A DNA stretch of 64,000 nt from a virus (lineage: Duplodnaviria > Caudoviricetes): positions 64,001 through 128,000 of the IMG/VR virus record IMGVR_UViG_3300031992_000007, one strand, 5' to 3'. Positions 61,526 through 64,000 of this stretch are shown here, piece after piece (the first letter of the stretch is position 1; every line of letters begins with the position of its first letter). The notes under the pieces are model-generated. The model saw nothing but the letters and a program-made list of their open reading frames with translations, was not told the DNA's origin and made no database searches. The position numbers were made by a program, and so were the translations under genes.

Positions 61526-61765
61526 TTATTTCAATACAGTTCGGATCTTGTCGAGCTTCGTGTTCGCTTTCTTAAGCTGTCTGCGAAGAAGTTTGGTTTC
61601 ATCGATGTTCTTGGCATTCGGCGAAGAAGCCTTGAGTCGACGAACCACTTCGAACAGCTTCGCCCTGGCTATGTCGTCGTTGAGGGAATGTCTACGCAGT
61701 TCCTCTTCGATCATGTTAGCCAGAGAAGCGTTAGATGCGTTCTCGTACCCCATGTGACACCTCAC
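61526..61765 (-). CDS. small hypothetical protein
   Basis: Coupled to the DHH gene; basic coiled coil. Confidence 0.55.
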   Translation of the reverse strand: MRCHMGYENASNASLANMIEEELRRHSLNDDIARAKLFEVVRRLKASSPNAKNIDETKLLRRQLKKANTKLDKIRTVLK

Positions 61766-63129
61766 ATTCTAGGTTGTTGTGGCTTTTGAATGGGTTTGAT
61801 GGGAGGTTTAACAGGGAGTTCCCTCTGGTACCACCACAACCCTCCGTTGTATTCCGTAATTGTATCAGCTGCTTCAGGGGTAGCCCTTACTACAGCATCT
61901 CGAACATCCTGAAGCTTCGTAGTTTCATCGGCTTTGTACACACAGACTCTGTACCAACCAGAGTTGGTCAAAGTCCATCCAAGATAGAGCTTGATGATCT
62001 CGCCACTATCAGGGATGATGCAGTTGCTGGAAGTCGTGACTACCCTGAGCACATCAGGAAGGAATTGATGGTTGATCGCTAGTACAGGATACCCGCAGAA
62101 ATCCCTGTACGGGAAGATGCAAGCCTTGGTAGAGATGCTCGTTCCACGGTCAAGCCACTGCTTGATCACGATCGAGTTTTCTCTCATTCTCTGCAACCTC
62201 GTGTAAGGCTCCAGGGCTTCTGCTATTGGAGTAGGTTTCCTGACGCTAGGAAGTGGAAGTGGATAACAGTCTGGCTGTAACCCTGCAGCTTTCGGGTGTC
62301 CACTACCATCAAACATCTGAGCAATAGGCAAAATGATCTTGACGTTGTCCGGGCTGTAGAAAGAGCATCTCCACCTGCCGATGTTCGCCGTGTACTGTCC
62401 GGTGAACACTGCGTCGCAGTTGGATTTATCCACTCTGTCGAACACAGAGCTATTGCCGGTTCTTACACCCATGGCAAGAATGTTCTTCTTGCCTTCCGGA
62501 GTTGAAATAGAAGTGAAGTACGCAAGATCCTTGCAGTAGGTATCATCCCTAAGCTGGACGTACTTGTTGATGTGTCCGCCAGCTTCGAGTACCTGCTTAA
62601 GTCTTGCTGGGTTCTCTGCGATGAGATCTCTCCAGAAAGCATCGCCTGCTGGAGTACCAGGACGAATCTCCCACAGACCAAGTCCGTATGAAAGATCCTT
62701 AGTTCTTGGATCCTCGAACTTCCACAGATCGTAGTCGTTAACCAACTTAACGATAGTGGGCATAGTTTCTGCAGGCATGCCGTTGTGGAGATACATCCAC
62801 GTCAGTGCAGCACCGCAGTAGTCATCTCTGCGAATGCCATCGCACTGCATCCATCCAGGATCACGTGCGTAGATCTCGTCGTAGTTGGCTTTGTGATGGT
62901 CTATCCACACGATCTGTACATTGCGCTCTTTGAGGCGCATGAACTCATCGTAGTGCAGAGTGAAGTCAGTAACGAAGACCAAGTCACCAGGCTTGATACG
63001 GAAAAGGTTTCTGTACTTTCCGTAATTGGTGATCATCGGGATGGCGTTCGGGTAGACTGACTTCACAAGAGCTGCTGATAGAATTCCATCTGAGTCGGAG
63101 TGCGAAATCGCCCAGACTGTTCTTTCCAT
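61762..63129 (-). CDS. DHH-family phosphoesterase
   Basis: HSDSDG, VTDF, IDHH and DHHA1-like GSGHPKAAG. Confidence 0.88.
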   Translation of the reverse strand: MERTVWAISHSDSDGILSAALVKSVYPNAIPMITNYGKYRNLFRIKPGDLVFVTDFTLHYDEFMRLKERNVQIVWIDHHKANYDEIYARDPGWMQCDGIRRDDYCGAALTWMYLHNGMPAETMPTIVKLVNDYDLWKFEDPRTKDLSYGLGLWEIRPGTPAGDAFWRDLIAENPARLKQVLEAGGHINKYVQLRDDTYCKDLAYFTSISTPEGKKNILAMGVRTGNSSVFDRVDKSNCDAVFTGQYTANIGRWRCSFYSPDNVKIILPIAQMFDGSGHPKAAGLQPDCYPLPLPSVRKPTPIAEALEPYTRLQRMRENSIVIKQWLDRGTSISTKACIFPYRDFCGYPVLAINHQFLPDVLRVVTTSSNCIIPDSGEIIKLYLGWTLTNSGWYRVCVYKADETTKLQDVRDAVVRATPEAADTITEYNGGLWWYQRELPVKPPIKPIQKPQQPRM

Positions 63130-63198
63130 ATGTGTTGTCTCCTTCTGAGGTTTTAAAGATCATACTACGGAGACAAAAAGTGAAATAATAAAATAATG

Positions 63199-63525
63199 TC
63201 AGAGCTTCATCATGGTATTGAACTTCTCCACGGACAGAACGGCGATTATTTCACAGACACTCTTTCGCATGTATTCCAACGAAGCCTTTGTCCCACGTCT
63301 GAACTTCTTTTTGCTGTACAACTGCCATTTGCAAAAGAGATCTGGATTCCTCGTCATGTAGACGATGGACTGATCGAGGTAGTCTCGGCAGTTAGTCAGT
63401 TCCTTAATTGGGTCTTTACCGGCGGTCTTGAGCTGGGCAATTATCCTTGTGATGTCAGGACTCAAACGCCCAGCCGCATCAAGGACTGGACGTCGAGTTA
63501 TCTTTCTTATAAATTCGCAATTCAT
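63199..63525 (-). CDS. hypothetical protein
   Basis: 108-aa ORF. Confidence 0.5.
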   Translation of the reverse strand: MNCEFIRKITRRPVLDAAGRLSPDITRIIAQLKTAGKDPIKELTNCRDYLDQSIVYMTRNPDLFCKWQLYSKKKFRRGTKASLEYMRKSVCEIIAVLSVEKFNTMMKL

Positions 63526-63623
63526 GTTTACCCCATACCAAATTAAATTCTACACGACTAGATTCTTGTATGAAACAAATCGTGCATACGATGGCAAACC
63601 CTTGTCTAACAAAGGAAGAAACA

Positions 63624-64000
63624 ATGAAACTCAAGTCAACCCCCGAAGAAGTCGATAAACAAACCGAACTCCCGCCGGTGGATGTGTCCTTCGTCGATTA
63701 CACAGTCGAAGTTGTGGACCCTTCCAAAACCATGCAGGAGAAGATCGCTCTCGCTGCTAGAACCTGCTACAGGAGCGAGGGTGGTAAGACCAGCGACAAG
63801 AACCTTATCGCTGGTTGTGTGAAGCGTGGTCACACGTCCGTTCTCGAACATGGAGCTCTCTCACTCTATCTCCCTGTTTCGCCTGATCCCGAAACAGCCA
63901 AGATGATCGCGACTGTTCTTGGTACCAAGGGTCAGCCGATTCCTCTCAGGAAGATCTGGGATCGACTCCCGGTTCTGTCTGGTCAGCGTTATTCCAGTCA
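63624..64000 (+). CDS. thyX: flavin-dependent thymidylate synthase (3' truncated)
   Basis: Hand translation gives IALAARTCYRSE...KRGHTSVLEHG, the ThyX N-terminal signature. Confidence 0.85.
   Translation, partial: MKLKSTPEEVDKQTELPPVDVSFVDYTVEVVDPSKTMQEKIALAARTCYRSEGGKTSDKNLIAGCVKRGHTSVLEHGALSLYLPVSPDPETAKMIATVLGTKGQPIPLRKIWDRLPVLSGQRYSS

Noticed and set aside
1-64000. Stop-codon reassignment
   Set aside because: Core genes are intact in the standard code, and TAA, TAG and TGA all occur as real gene ends.

Overview
The window is a 64-kb segment of a phiKZ-like jumbo phage genome (inferred from gene content). It encodes split multisubunit RNA polymerase pieces (three virion-type, one non-virion-type), a divergent family-B DNA polymerase, GyrA- and GyrB-like type IIA topoisomerase subunits, RNase HI, a GroEL-like chaperonin, dNMP kinase, a DHH phosphoesterase, a partial ThyX, a GH24 lysozyme and a head/baseplate structural cluster. 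There are many stem-loop terminators and repeated TATATTAC early-promoter motifs. The most unusual element is at 32971-33791: six tandem, mutually dissimilar 123-144 nt units, each bounded by (G/A)AGGTG and AGGCTCTCC. Every unit is a stop-free, multiple-of-3 reading frame running G(E/V/G)...RLS with no aligned start codon. This looks like a library of silent variable-region cassettes for a receptor-binding protein located outside the window, and a highly structured non-coding region lies next to it. phiKZ gene-number equivalents are from memory of motifs and were not verified by search. Several starts were moved from the ORF track to RBS-supported ATGs.
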